A stretch of 64,000 nucleotides of DNA, taken from positions 118,854,001-118,918,000 of the forward strand of contig OZ024745.1 in the NCBI GenBank assembly GCA_964016885.1, in the 5' to 3' direction. This document shows positions 39,230 through 51,598 of the stretch, piece after piece (position 1 is the first letter of the stretch; every line of letters begins with the position of its first letter). The translations under genes and the position numbers were made by a program. Source of the stretch: Eledone cirrhosa (taxonomy: Eukaryota). The notes below the pieces were generated by a model. The model was given only the letters and a program-made list of their open reading frames with translations, made no database searches and was not told the DNA's origin.

Positions 39230-42100
39230 AGTTTGCTTGAAGCATTGTGAAATGTGTAAAATATGTAGTTTAGAAAGCCACAACAATGCAGATGGGAAAT
39301 CTCGAGGTAGGAAGTGAGTGAGAAATAGGAGAAAAGTGAAAATTGAGAGAAACGAAAATGAAAACAAGTTAAAGGTAGAAGGGTTACCGTAGTGGAGATT
39401 TAATCCCAATATTTCGGGCTTACGCCCATCAACGGGGGAAAGTTCCAAAGGGGGGGGGGGGACAGGCTAAGCCGGAGAAAGTTGTATTGTCGTTAAAACA
39501 TAGGAATGCCGTTATGGGGAAAAATTCAAACGAGGGAAAGAATGCGCGTGCGCGTGATAGGCTGTGGCAAAAGCTACTGACCAATTGGGTTAAATCAATA
39601 GGATGCGCTAGCGTGTGAAAGCCGTAAAATATGTGTGTGTAAATATATGTGTGTGTAACTGTGTGTGTATATGTGTATGTGTGTGTGTATGTGAGTGTGT
39701 GTGTGTGAAAGATAGTGGGCCGTAGAAGCTGAAAATCAAAGGGTGTGAAAGGTGGTAGGTTGTATAAACATGTGTGCGTGTATAAATATAGATGTGTGTG
39801 TGTATGTGTATGGGTATACATATAAGTGCGTGTGTGTGAAAGATAGTAGGCCGTAGGGGCTGTTACTAGTCACTATGGTTAAATTAGCCATGTCAGCTCA
39901 TTTCTCTCAGCACGGTTGTTAAGTGGGGGTCTGTTAATAACAAGTGCTTCCTTTATCCTTAAAGATCCGATGCTGCGTTCAGTCGCTAGGACTGTGACCA
40001 AGAGTCTGCCCTGTGGGTTTCCGCATTTAAGGATGTGTTTACGGAAGGAAGATGCGTTGGTGTTGACATGTTCCTTGATACGAACATGTAGGGGTCGGAT
40101 GGTGCTACCTATGTAAAACTTGTTACATTTATCGCATTGAATCTTATATACGACATAGGTGCGTAGGCAATCTGACCCCGTATCGGGCAGTTGCTGAGGG
40201 AACACGTCCCATCTGACTCGTCGGGTTTGTTGGAGAGGCATCTTCGGAGCGAAGGTCCTGTGTGGGCCAAATGTATGTCAAGTCCCTCCCTCCGTATGGC
40301 CCTGCAGATGGCGTTCGTGGTATATTCACTCAGGTGGGGGATTTTAAAGAAGCACCTGCTTTTATCTAAGTTTCTAGTGGGTGTCTGTCTATTGGGTCTG
40401 GGGTCTCTAATTCCGTTAATCAGTCACTTGGGATATCCATTAGACTTGAGTAGATTACGGAATTGCGTGGTCTGGGTGAGACCACCCATCGGGTCGCTGC
40501 ATCTATTAGTGATCCATGTAAGTTCATTTAGGACATAGCGTCTCTTAGCGTTGTTGGGGAGGGCTGAGTTGTAATGCACAAATAAGTCCTTGCACGCTGC
40601 CTTGCGGTAGAACGTGGTGTTTATGTCTCCTTCTTCCGAGATGTTGATACGGAAGTCGAGGAGGGCGAGTGACCCGTCTTCTCCAGGGTGTTCGATGGTG
40701 AAATCGACGTGATGGTCAGTGTCGTTGAAGATTTGGTGAATTTCATTCGCCATCTCCCGGGAAGAAGTGAGTATCAGTATGTCATCAACGTATCTGGAGT
40801 AGAAGGCGACGGCGTTGGGTTGGCAGGTGTTGAGTGCCTTGCGTTCCAGGTGGTCCATGTACGAGATCGCAAGTATGCCGGACAGACTAGAGCCCATAGG
40901 TAGCCCAGAGATCTGTTTGTACGTGTGGCCGAGGAAATTGAAGAATGCATTATCCACAACGAAGGAGAGGAGTTGGTGGATGTCCGTGTGTGTGAGTCCG
41001 AAGCAGTGTAAGTTAGATGCTCGGACTCGTTCGGTCAACAGGTCGACGGCTGGGGATGCTGGTACGGAGGTATAAAGGGCGACCACATCAAGACTGAAGG
41101 CATATCCGTTGTCCTTTCTGGTGTTGAGCGCCAGATGGTGTAGTCGCTCCAAGACCTCCTTTGAGCTGCAGACGTGGGCTGGTAGTGTGTGTAGAATGGG
41201 TTTCAGTAGTGTGGAGAGCAGCCACGATATTTTGTAAAGTGGGCCCTCCACGCTAGAGACAATGGGCCTGATTTTCAAATCGGGTCCTTGTTTATGGGTT
41301 TTCACCAGGTGGTAGAAGGTGGGTAGTTTGCTGTTTCGAGTCATTATGTTGTTTTTTACCTTCTTTAGCAGTTTTCGTTGGACACAGATGTTAGTCCATA
41401 TGGTGCTAATGCCTTCCTCGATTAGAGTCGAGGAGGTCCCTGTGACTTTCGAGTAGAGGCTGTCGTCATTAAGATGTTGGAGAGCTAAGTTGTTGTAGGT
41501 CTCTCTCGAGATGACACAGAATTCTTTCCCCTTGTCAGAGGGAAGGTAAACAAGGTTCCTGGATCTTAGGTTGGTGAGAGTATTAAATTATGCATTGGTG
41601 AGGTTGCGTTTATTATGTGTGTGTGTGTCTGTGTTGGGAAAGGATGTTAGAGATAGAATGTTTCAACCTGAGTAGTTTAGTGTCAAGTTCGTGGTTGGTG
41701 GGTGGGGGGTGGAGTGGGTTGTCGAGGTGGTACGTGGGGAGTGTGGGGTGGGTTGTGGGGGTTGTAATCGATCTCGGTGTTGTTTTGGATGGCGGTTAGC
41801 CATTTCAGTTGATACGCTGTCCGACAGAAGTTGGTTTCGATGTCGAGTTTCAGTCTATCATCGAGACGCTGTGTAATGATGAACTTGGGTCCGAGGCGCA
41901 GGAGTTCGAGTTCGTCGTTGGTGAGGGTACCGGTTAGGTCGGTAACGAGGTGTGAAGCATCGTTGGTAGGTAGATCGCTGTTGGGGGGTGTAGCGGAGGG
42001 TGTTGTATCGCTGTTGCCCCTGGTGTAGTTGTAGTCGGTCCGTCTGTGGGAGCGGATGTTGTCATTGTAGTATTTGTTTACAGTCCATTCGTATTTCCGT
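39230..42100 (-). mobile_element. Penelope-like element (RT + C-terminal GIY-YIG), degraded
   Basis: N-terminal LLRLGPKF and LPSDKG. RT motifs KIRPIVS, LDVVALYTSVP, QISGLPMGS and RYVDD (ORF 40424-41344). EN VVYKIQCDKCNKFYIGSTIRPLHVRIKEH..KEA..LN (39879-40241). Frameshifts and stops. Flanked by (TA)-rich tracts, boundaries approximate. Confidence 0.9.
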
Positions 42101-42107
42101 ATATACA

Positions 42108-42146
<39 letters not shown>

Positions 42147-42214
42147 GAATATATATATATGTATATATGTATGTATGTTCTTCTGGTTTTATAATTTCAC
42201 AAAGTTTTACCAAT

Positions 42215-45200
42215 AGATAGAGAGTCGCTTTCTAACATAGACACAAGACTCTCTCATTGGAATTTACACAACATCAACTAGGTAGATATGTATGCATGCA
42301 TGTGTAGATATGGATGTTATTGTATGTGTGGATGTGGATGTTTTGAGTTGTATGTGTGCATGTGTATATGCTTTGTATCTGTACATATGCAGTTATTAGA
42401 TGCAAAATTTTTGGAATGTTTTACATATTTTTACTGTTCCATTAATGGATTGTACTTGTAGTTTCATAACCAGTTGTGTTCTTTCTGTTCCTGTGAAGCC
42501 TAGCTTCTCAAGATTTGTATTGAGGCAGTTACTAACATACTCCAGTGACCCAATAATCACAGGTATAAATCTGAAGGTGTAATCAGGATGGAGTATCTGC
42601 AGATTTCTCATCAGTTCTGCATAAATATTCTCCTTTTCACTAATCTTTGATATTATATTGGCATCTGCTGGGCAGCTAATTTCCACTACTGTGCATGCTT
42701 TCTTCTCCCTGTCCCATATCATAATATCTGGTCTGTTATGCCTGCATTTTATTGGGGTTTTTACTGGAACATTCCACCAGTACTCTTTCATATTATGTAC
42801 ATGGATGTCTTCCACATTGTTGTAGCTTTTAATGTGTTTATTATCGGGGCTCTTTTTTACGAACTGCATTGTACAGTGTTTTGGCCACTATATCATGCCT
42901 CATAGGCAAATAGTACCGCGATGACATCTTTGGACAGCTGCTGATGACATGGGTGATATCCTCGATGTTAGTTCTGCAGAGTCTGCACTTGTTATCACAT
43001 CTAGGTGTTTTGCCTGCATCCCTATCTCTTTTGTGAATCAGGTATTTCGTGCTAATCGCCTGTTCTTGGATTGCAAAAGCGTATCCTTCAGAGTGGGAGC
43101 CAATATAGCGGTTGTTGGTCCAAGATAGACTATTTTCCTTATCTATATTACTCTCACTCTGGAGCTTCCTGGCAACATATCCATACATGATTTTTTGCTG
43201 ATAGGTATGCAGTTTTTCATCCATGGATTCACTGCGATACTGCTGAGCAACATCCCTGGGTGTGAGTTTTTGATTATCACACAGGGAATATCTCTCAAGG
43301 AGTTCCTTCCCAAATCTCATGATCTTATCTGTTTCGTGCAGATAGACTTGCTCGAGAAGCGGGCTCCTACGCTTCGAGGTTCGTAGATGTTGTCGGAGAG
43401 ATATGATGCGACATTCAAATGTTGTCTTGACTGATGTTAGGCCTCTGCCTCCCTGCTTACGTTTCAAGTAAAGGCGGTCTATGTCACTGTTGATGTGGAA
43501 GTTTCCGGTGTTATTCAGTATTTTTCGAGTTCCAACAGCAACTGCTCGGATTTCGTCATTCGTCCAATTGAGTATTCCAAACGTTGGTGTTAGGACAGGC
43601 ACAGCAAACACATTGTAAGCCACTGTTTTGTTTTGCGCAGAGAGTTCCGATGACCAGATCTTTCTTAATCGGGTGTAGTATTCCCTGGTTACGCGTTCTT
43701 TATTACAGATAACATTATAGGATATGTTCTCATCTATCCCCAGGTATCTGTAGCAGTCCTCATCAGATATCGGTGAAACAGTTAGACCATTGATGACAAT
43801 GTTGCTAGATTGGGTTGTTGTTTTTCCCCGCTTTACAGTCATGTATGAGCATTTATCTTGGCCAAACTCCATTCCTATATCCTTTGAGAACGTTGTAACA
43901 AGGTCAATATTTTTCTTCATCCCATCCATGTTCTTGGCATAGAGTTTCAGATCATCCACAAATAAATTATGGGTTAGGTTCGTATTTCTGTCCTCCTGTG
44001 AGCCAATGATGTATCTCTCACATTTATTGAGCAGAAAGGACAAGGGGTTTAATGACAAGATGAATAATATCACAGAGAGACTGTCCCCCTGAAATATACC
44101 CCTGCAATATTTTATTTTATCAGTGAAAATAGAGTCCTCCCTCTCTGTCTTTAACCTTAGGATAGTAGCCCAAGAAGAAGACAGCCTCTCTATGGCTCTG
44201 ACAATAATGTCTGGGACTTTAGCAAGTTGGAGGGCCTCTATCATCCAAGAGTGGGGAACAGAATCGAAAGCTTTCCTGTAGTCCAGCCAGACTGTAGTCA
44301 TATTCCTCCTAAGTTGTCGCATCTCCGACATCGCAGTTTTGTTGATTAGGAGTTGTTCAGCACATCCCCAAACCCCTTTTTTTCCAGCTGCTTCTTCATC
44401 TGTGATGATGTTATTATTTTCACAGTGATCTTGGAGGAATAGGTTCAGGCAGGCTGTATACCTCTTATACATCAGGTTCTGGGATGCAATGGGTCGGTAG
44501 TTTTTTGCCAAGTGGGTGTCTTTGTTCTTGGGGACCAGTAATGTTTGTGCTAATGTCAGCCATTCTGGTATAACTGTATCTCCCTTAAGAACCTGTTGGT
44601 AGAGGTCAGTAAAATACCTCCGATAGAATATCAGTTTTTTGTACCAGTAGCCGACAATCATGTTTCTTCCTGCTGTTTTCTTATCTTGGAGTTTTCCTAT
44701 CACAGTCTCAAGGGTACCCTCACTTATTTCGTATGTTTTTGTTGTAGTGTAGGAGCAATAGTTCTTTCGGATTTCTCTTAGCCACACTGCATCTTGGTTG
44801 AAATTCTTCTTTTCACCCCATATTTTTCTCCAAAAGGAATCAATGTCTTTCTAGGATGGGGCCTCAGTGACACTTATTATTTTGCCCTTCATATCTCTAT
44901 AGACTGATGTTTGGTTTCGTCTGAATCTTTTATTAAGCATTTTTCTCTCATCTACCTCCTTCAGGTATCGGCGTTTTTCGCTAACAGCTCTCAATTCTTG
45001 TTTGAGGGTGATCAGCTTATATTGGAGAGTTCTGGTTCTACTGTTACCAAACATCGTCTCTATTTTATTTTTCACACTTTGTTGGTGAGGAGTGAGGTTT
45101 TTTTGTGTTTGTTTGTATGTAAGGAGCATTGTCACATAACATATCCTATGGCCTTTCGTAGGTCAGCACTCTTTTTTTCTATTTTAGTTATATATGATGG

Positions 45201-46280
45201 TATTTTTGGTGGTGTTTTGTTCTTGTTAATATCTCTGCTATCACCTAGATAATGCTTCACTGTCATTGCTAAGGCATATAAACAGGCGTTGATTTGCCAA
45301 AATGTTGGGGTTTTTATCCGTCGTAAATATTCATCCCCTATTTCAACAATAACACGTAGTATTTCATTATTTGGTTTTTTTTATTCACCATTGTCATTTT
45401 AACACGTTCAGCAAGAGAGATATTTATACATGAGTTAATTTCTCTCTGGAAGATTTCGTTGAGGGAAATTTTCAATTGTTTATACTTTTGATTATCATTA
45501 TCGATAGTATTTTCCACAACAGTCGGGGTAGACTCGGATGGTATACGTGGTGTCACATTTATTCGATTATTATTATTATTTCTTCGATTATTATTATTAT
45601 CGATAGTGTTTTCCCCAGCATTCGAGGTAGACTTAGATGGTACAGGCATAGTTGTTTCAAGGCGCTGTTCGACCTGGCTGCTAGGAAGTCTAGTAGCATG
45701 GCGACCTGTAGCACGTGTTGTTGATTCCATGTTTGTTGTGGGGGACTTACAATTAATAATATTTATCTTATTTTTACGTTCAACAAAAGTCGTTTGTTGG
45801 CGTAATTGTTTCGCTGTGAAGTGATTTAGCTCTGGTTGCATTTCGTCCCAGTGTAGCTTCATTCTGTTCATATAGCCAATGGAGGATTGTTTTTTGCCAT
45901 TTTATAACAATTAAATAAATCATTATTAAGTTCGCAACTCCAAGAGAAATGCGATTTATAATTTCGGTTTCTTCTGTAGCTACAACTGAACAAAGTTTGA
46001 TTACCTTCTTTGTTATTTGTCTTCGATACTTCCTTAATTTTTTTGTTGATGTTGTGTTCAGCCATGCTGTTTGTAGCAAATCCTTGTAAATTGAATTATG
46101 TATTTAGTCGGATATCTCTACGAATTCGAATAAAAGGTGTCTTCAGAAGGGATAGTAAGAAGAATAACCAGTTATTCAACCTGGCTGTAGTTGTGGCATT
46201 ACTGTCGGAGATAGTATTCATCTTAAATTTAATAAATAGTCTCCCACGCCAAAATATGCGACTGATCGCGTTGACTGTTA
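42215..46280 (-). mobile_element. Near full-length R4/Dong-clade non-LTR retrotransposon (RT, CCHC, restriction-like endonuclease), frameshifted
   Basis: ORF 42841-44787 has NYRPI, WLDYRKAFDSVPH, RGIFQGDSLS, FVDDLK, YRYLG, CRLC..H..C and RHD. ORF 42396-42869 has RPDI..VEISCP..K..Y (PD-(D/E)xK). The N-terminal MKLHWDE..QLRQQ is Myb-like. 5' boundary approximate. Confidence 0.9.
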
Positions 46281-46347
46281 TTATGTATGTATGTATGTAT
46301 ATACATATGTATGTATGTATATACACATGCATGTATGTATATATATA

Positions 46348-48481
46348 TCACCTTGATCACCTTGACCGACCAGTCTGTCAGGCGTCCATTCAGCGCCGTT
46401 GGTCACAGCACGCCGTCCATTCCTCTGTGGATCGTGCTTTCCTCATCCATGTAGTCCCAATCATATTCCTAAAATCGTAACTCCACCTTCGTAGAGGCCT
46501 TCCGAGTGGTCGTTTCCGCTCGCACAGGTACCACTCGGCAACTGCGCGGGTCCACCGATTATCGGTGAACCGGGCGACGTGTCCGGCCAATCTGAACTTG
46601 CTGCGCATATATTCTGTGATGACGTCCCTCACGCCGGACTTCTGTCTGATGACTTCGCTCCTGATGTGCTCTGTCAACGAGATTCCTAGCATTGATCTCT
46701 CTCCATGGCTCTTTGAGCCGTTACCAGTCTCTGCTCTTCTCTCTTCGTTGTAGCCCAAGTTTCACTGCCATATAACATTGCAGGTAAAACTATGCTATTG
46801 AAGAGGTTGGCGCGGGTGGTCTTGTCCAACCTCCCCTTGAGCACATCCCTTATGCCGTTGAACGCCTTCCATCCGGCCCTTACTCTCCGCGAGATCTCCC
46901 TCTCAATGTATCGGCGCATGTTCACTTTTTGTCCTAGGTAGACGTATTCCTCCACCGCCAACCACCATTCGACCTGTTGTTACGTTGTCGGACTGCATGA
47001 ACTTCGTTTTCATGCGGTTCATCTTGAGGCCTACTGCAGAGCTTTTGATGTCGAGCTCCGTCAGCATGATCTGAAGCTGCTCCGTGGTTTCAGCGATGAG
47101 TACGATGTCATCAGCGAAACGGAGGTGGGTAAGTATCTCGCCGTTGATGGTGACACCGCCTTGCCAGTCAATGCCTCTGATGATCTGCTCGTATACGCGG
47201 TGAAAAGTTTTGGAGAGATCGTATCTCCTTGCTTCACTCCTTTCTTGACCGGCACTCGTACGGGTGATGACAGCAGAGCTATGTCAGTGGTGCATCGGGA
47301 ATTCGCCTCCATGAACAGTTGAACGTATTGCGCCTCGACTCCTTGCCTCTGCAGCGAGTTCAGCACTGCATTGATTTCGACGCTGTCGAAGGCCTTCTCG
47401 TAGTCTACGAACGCGACGCAAAGAGGCATCTTGTACTCTTTCGCTCGCTCAAGCAGTTGTGTCAGAGTAAATATGTGGTCCATCGTGCTGTAGTTCTTAC
47501 GGAAGCCGGCTTGCTCCCCTCTTCGTGAACAGATTGTACACGTGAGACAGCAAGCATATGGGTACGTAGTTCTTCAGATCTTCTCTATCGCCCTTCTTGT
47601 ATAGCATGATGGTATTCGACTCTTTCCACTGCGAGGGTATTCTTTCCTCGTCGTCCAGATAGTGTGTGAATCGCTCGGTGAGGATTTTCCAGAGCTGCTC
47701 TCCGCCTGACTTCAACACCTCCGATGTTATGCCGTCTTTCCCTAGCGCCTTTTGCTTTTCATCAAGCCGACGGCTCTTTTGACCTCGCTGACAAGGATGG
47801 GTGGCACATTTTCTTCCTGTTGGAATGACGGCAACGGCTGCACATTCCCGACAGACTTGAAGAGCTTGGTCTAGAAATCTTCGCAAACCTTTTCAACCTC
47901 ACTCTTGTCGCTGACCGGTACTCCAGCTGTGTTCTTCAGGGTCGTCACCTCCGATCTGTGCATTGCCATGTCCCTCTCGCATTTCTTGAGGCTCTTCTCT
48001 TCCTCTGCGGCCTTCAGGAGCTTCTCCATCCGGTATGCCTCGAAGTCTCTCTTCAGTTGTTGACGTATCACTCTGCTGAGAAGGGAATATTCGAGGTGAT
48101 CTTCAGGTCTCCTCTTCATATTCTTCCTCTTCTCAAGCAACTTCATATTTTCCTCCGAGACTCTTCCCTTCAGCTCCCTCGGGCACACACCCTTAGCTTT
48201 CCTCAAGCACTCCTTCAGTTTCCTTATCAGTGAGTCGTAGTCAGCGTCTATGCCGTCTCAGTGGGATGGCGTTATATTATAGCTAAAACACCACGAAGAA
48301 AAGGGCCTCAGTACCCTCGCGTCAATCGGGCCACTCCACGACGGCGGAGCGACGAGAGGCTGCTAAGAATCTTCTGGCAGGTCTCGCACAGGCCTAACAC
48401 GTCGCACCTGATCTTCTTCTCCTCCATTGGGTGGTCCAGCCCTCCCCCCCCCCTGCCAAAGACCTGCAGTTGTAGGTGCAT
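46348..48481 (-). mobile_element. RTE-clade LINE, degraded, with most of the APE endonuclease deleted
   Basis: RT motifs NYVPICLLS, FVDYEKAFDSV, GVKQGDTISPKLF and YVYLG, with C-terminal RPLGRP..RW. The APE N-terminus TYNCRSL and IRCDVLGLCET lies at about 48380-48480. 3' tail (TCAAGGTGA)2. Confidence 0.9.
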
Positions 48482-49167
48482 TTTCCCAGTGAAAAATAGT
48501 TTAATTAGGAATAAGTATAAATTAGTAATAGTATTGGTTAGTATTCAGTTTTAGTTTTAAGTTTTTACCGGTTGAGCATTTCTAATGCTTTTCAAAAATA
48601 ATTTTGAGATAGAGCGCTCGTGATTTTTGCTCTAATCTGATCAGTTTTGGAAATTCTTCCTGTTTTATGTGAAAAAAATGGCTTGGGAGGAATTAAGATT
48701 TGGTTGGTAGTTGAATGTCACGTGAATAAGCACTATAAATTTCGCGCCAATTCGTGTTGCAAAAATTCTTGTAGTCCAAACAATTTTGATTGGTGCGTAG
48801 AAGTCACGTCAATGTTTAAATTGATTTTAGCGCGAACTGGTTTCGCGCCAAATGTAGGTTTGTCGAAGAGTGTCCTTTTCCGCTTGATTGAGTTGAATTG
48901 GCGTGAAATTTATAGTGCTTATTCACGTGACATTCAATAACCAACCAAATCTTAATACCTCCCAAGCCACTTTTTTCATATAAAACAGGAAGAATTTCCA
49001 AAACTGATCAGATTAGAGCAAAAATCACGAGCACTCTATCTCAAAATTATTTTTGAAAAGTATAAGAAATGCGCAACCGGTAAAAACTTAAAACTAAAAC
49101 TGAATACTAACTAATACTTATTACTAATTTATACTTATTCCTAATTAAACTATTTTTCAATGGGAAA
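48482..49167. mobile_element. Foldback element with long TIRs (about 270-bp arms, about 140-bp spacer)
   Basis: TTTCCCAGTGAAAAATAG..CCAATTC (48482-48753) versus GAATTGG..CTATTTTTCAATGGGAAA (48895-49167). Flanked by CAT on both sides. Confidence 0.75.
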
Positions 49168-49290
49168 CATTTGTCAGCATTTTCTTTTCCTTTATACTAA
49201 TATATATATATCTAATAAACCTTTGTTCGTACTGCCTCTCTGTTTTGTTCCCGCGTTCCATTTTTCACTATATATATGTATATATATATA

Positions 49291-49405
49291 TAGGAACGAG
49301 TAGGACCCCGACGGCTGAGCTCAAGCCGTTTCGACGGCTAATTCTGGACTAGAATTAGCTGTCGAAACGACTTGAGCTCAGCCGTCGGGGTCCTACTCGT
49401 TCCTA
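49291..49405. repeat. 55-bp-arm hairpin at the start of a (TA)n-flanked element related to 24819-24880 and 26780-26890
   Basis: TAGGAACGAGTAGGACCCCGACGGCTGAGCTCAAG..AATTCT-GGACT-AGAATT..CTTGAGCTCAGCCGTCGGGGTCCTACTCGTTCCTA. Confidence 0.9.
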
Positions 49406-49482
49406 TTACCCACTCTACTACCCTAAGTATTGAGTACTTTGGTGCGTTATGGTCCATCTGGTTCCTTACCACGTTTCCTTCG

Positions 49483-49527
<45 letters not shown>

Positions 49528-50189
49528 ATTGTATAATATATATGTTAAGTATATATGATATCACATAATAAACTAGGAGAATCTGCACATAATAAACTAG
49601 GAGAGTCTTCCTATAAATTCCTCTACCGCATCATCTAGTGCATTTTATTTAATAGATTCTGATTATACAGGTAACATACTTCCATATAGACTATAAGATG
49701 GCAAATATTATCAAGTCATAAATTCTGACAGTTAATCTTAATAGTGAGTGTGAGGTGATATAATTCCATTTTTTCATAGTTAGATGATTCCTCCCGTTGA
49801 GAAGCAAGGTGTCATAAACAAATAGATGACATAGAACCACCAGTGGTGGTAGAAAATAAACCTCTTGCTGGTTTACCTGGTAACATAACTCGGCCATCTG
49901 TGTATCAGTGGCTGATATAGTAGAGCCGTTTATCTTCGGCTTTAACACTGTTTATATGATAATAAATATATCTTCTTTCTGGATACGATTATCACAGATG
50001 ACATTCTCAAGACATCTGTATCTATTCACCCGTGATATATTATCCCGTTAGCCGTACATATATTTCTTCTAACCATTAGCTACAACGAGCGAATAAAGAC
50101 ACCTCTACTCGGTAGCTCAACTCGCGAGAAACAGAAGCCAACTCGCTCTCCACTCACATCCTACAGTAAAAGAGGAAAGACACATTAGA

Positions 50190-50515
50190 TAATTGTTTCT
50201 ACTTCAGGCACAAGGCCAGCAATTATCCCAGTGTATTACTGGTACTTTATTTTATCGACCCCCGCAAGGATGAAAGGCAAAGTTAACCTCGGCGGGATTT
50301 GAACTCGGTCCGTAAAGGGACGTAACTATGCTGCAAAGCATGGCGTCCGACCCTCTACGGATACTGCCAATCCACCGTTAGATAATGATTTCTAGTATAG
50401 TCACAACGCCACTAATTTAGGGGGGGGGGGGGCGATTAAATAGAACTCAGTACATTACTGGTACTTTATTTTATCGACCCTGTAAGGATGAAAGGCAAAG
50501 TTAACCTCGGCAGGA
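50190..50515 (-). mobile_element. Two tandem SINE copies (second truncated)
   Basis: Family motifs. Confidence 0.8.
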
Positions 50516-50728
50516 TTATACTGTAATGCTAGCTACTCTATATCTGAATAAAAGGCGGACTAGTCATGACTGGAATGTCTTTAATGGCTGGTCTGTTCCA
50601 TCAGCGCTGATCTAGAGCTAAACAGCGGCAAGGGTGGCGGCGGCGGCGGCGGCGATGGTGTTGGTGGTGGCGGAGGCGGCGGAGATGGTGGTGGCGACGA
50701 CGACGACGACGATGGTGGAAACTACGGT

Positions 50729-50759
<31 letters not shown>

Positions 50760-51218
50760 ACGGTGGTGAGATGGTGATGACGACGGCGGCGGTGGTGGTG
50801 GTGGTGGCGGCGGGGGCGGCGGCGGTGGTGGCGCTGGTGGTTTCGGCGGCGGCGGCGATGGTGGTGGCGACGATAACGACGTCGGTGATCAGTATTCTAA
50901 TTTTACCCCCTGTATATCAACCTCGCCCGAATTCCTTCGATCAAAACAACTTTTCCTTCTCTCATTACCCAGGATGCATCTAACCCCACACTGGTTTTGA
51001 TATAACAACTTCAGCCCCATAATCACCCCCAACAGCAATTATCTACACCTGCGTCTCTACCCTAACACATTCACCTTCATTAAATATTCACATGGAAATG
51101 TTCAATTCGGACCATTAATTTCAGTGAACTCCCTTCGCCAAAGGCAGAGATCGAGGGAGTGTGTCTGGACAGTCTCTTTCTTCTAGCCATCATTACAACT
51201 GCTAGACATTATTATCTG

Positions 51219-51598
51219 ATGGATCGGCAGTATCGGTAAAGTGTCAGACGCCATGCTTTGCAGTATAGAGTTACGTCCCTTTACGTTCTGAGTTCAAATC
51301 CTGCCGAGGTTAACTTTGCCTTACATCCTTACAAGGTCGATAAAATAAAGTACCAGTAATGCACTGGCGTAATTGCTGGCCTTGTGCCTAAAGTAGAAAC
51401 AATTATTTCATGGTGGATTGGCAGTATCGGAAGAAGGTCGGACGCCATGCTTTGCAGCACAGAGTTATGGCCCTTTACGTTCTGAGTTCAAATCCTGCCG
51501 AGGTTAACTTTGCTTTTCATCCTTACAAGGTCGATAAAATAAAGTACCAGTAATGCACTGGTTAATTGCTGGCCTTGTGCCAAAAGTAGAAACAATTA
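51219..51598 (+). mobile_element. Two head-to-tail SINE copies
   Basis: Family motifs. Tails end GTAGAAACAATTA. Confidence 0.85.

Noticed and set aside
46348-48481. Horizontal transfer of the GC-richer RTE element
   Set aside because: RTEs do transfer horizontally, but base composition alone is insufficient and a cross-species identity search is required.
49779-49880. Exon-like segment (ttttttcatag...CCTG|gtaac, CHKQIDDIEPPVVVENKPLAGLP)
   Set aside because: In-frame stop near the acceptor, no recognisable domain and no partner exons. It needs RNA-seq.
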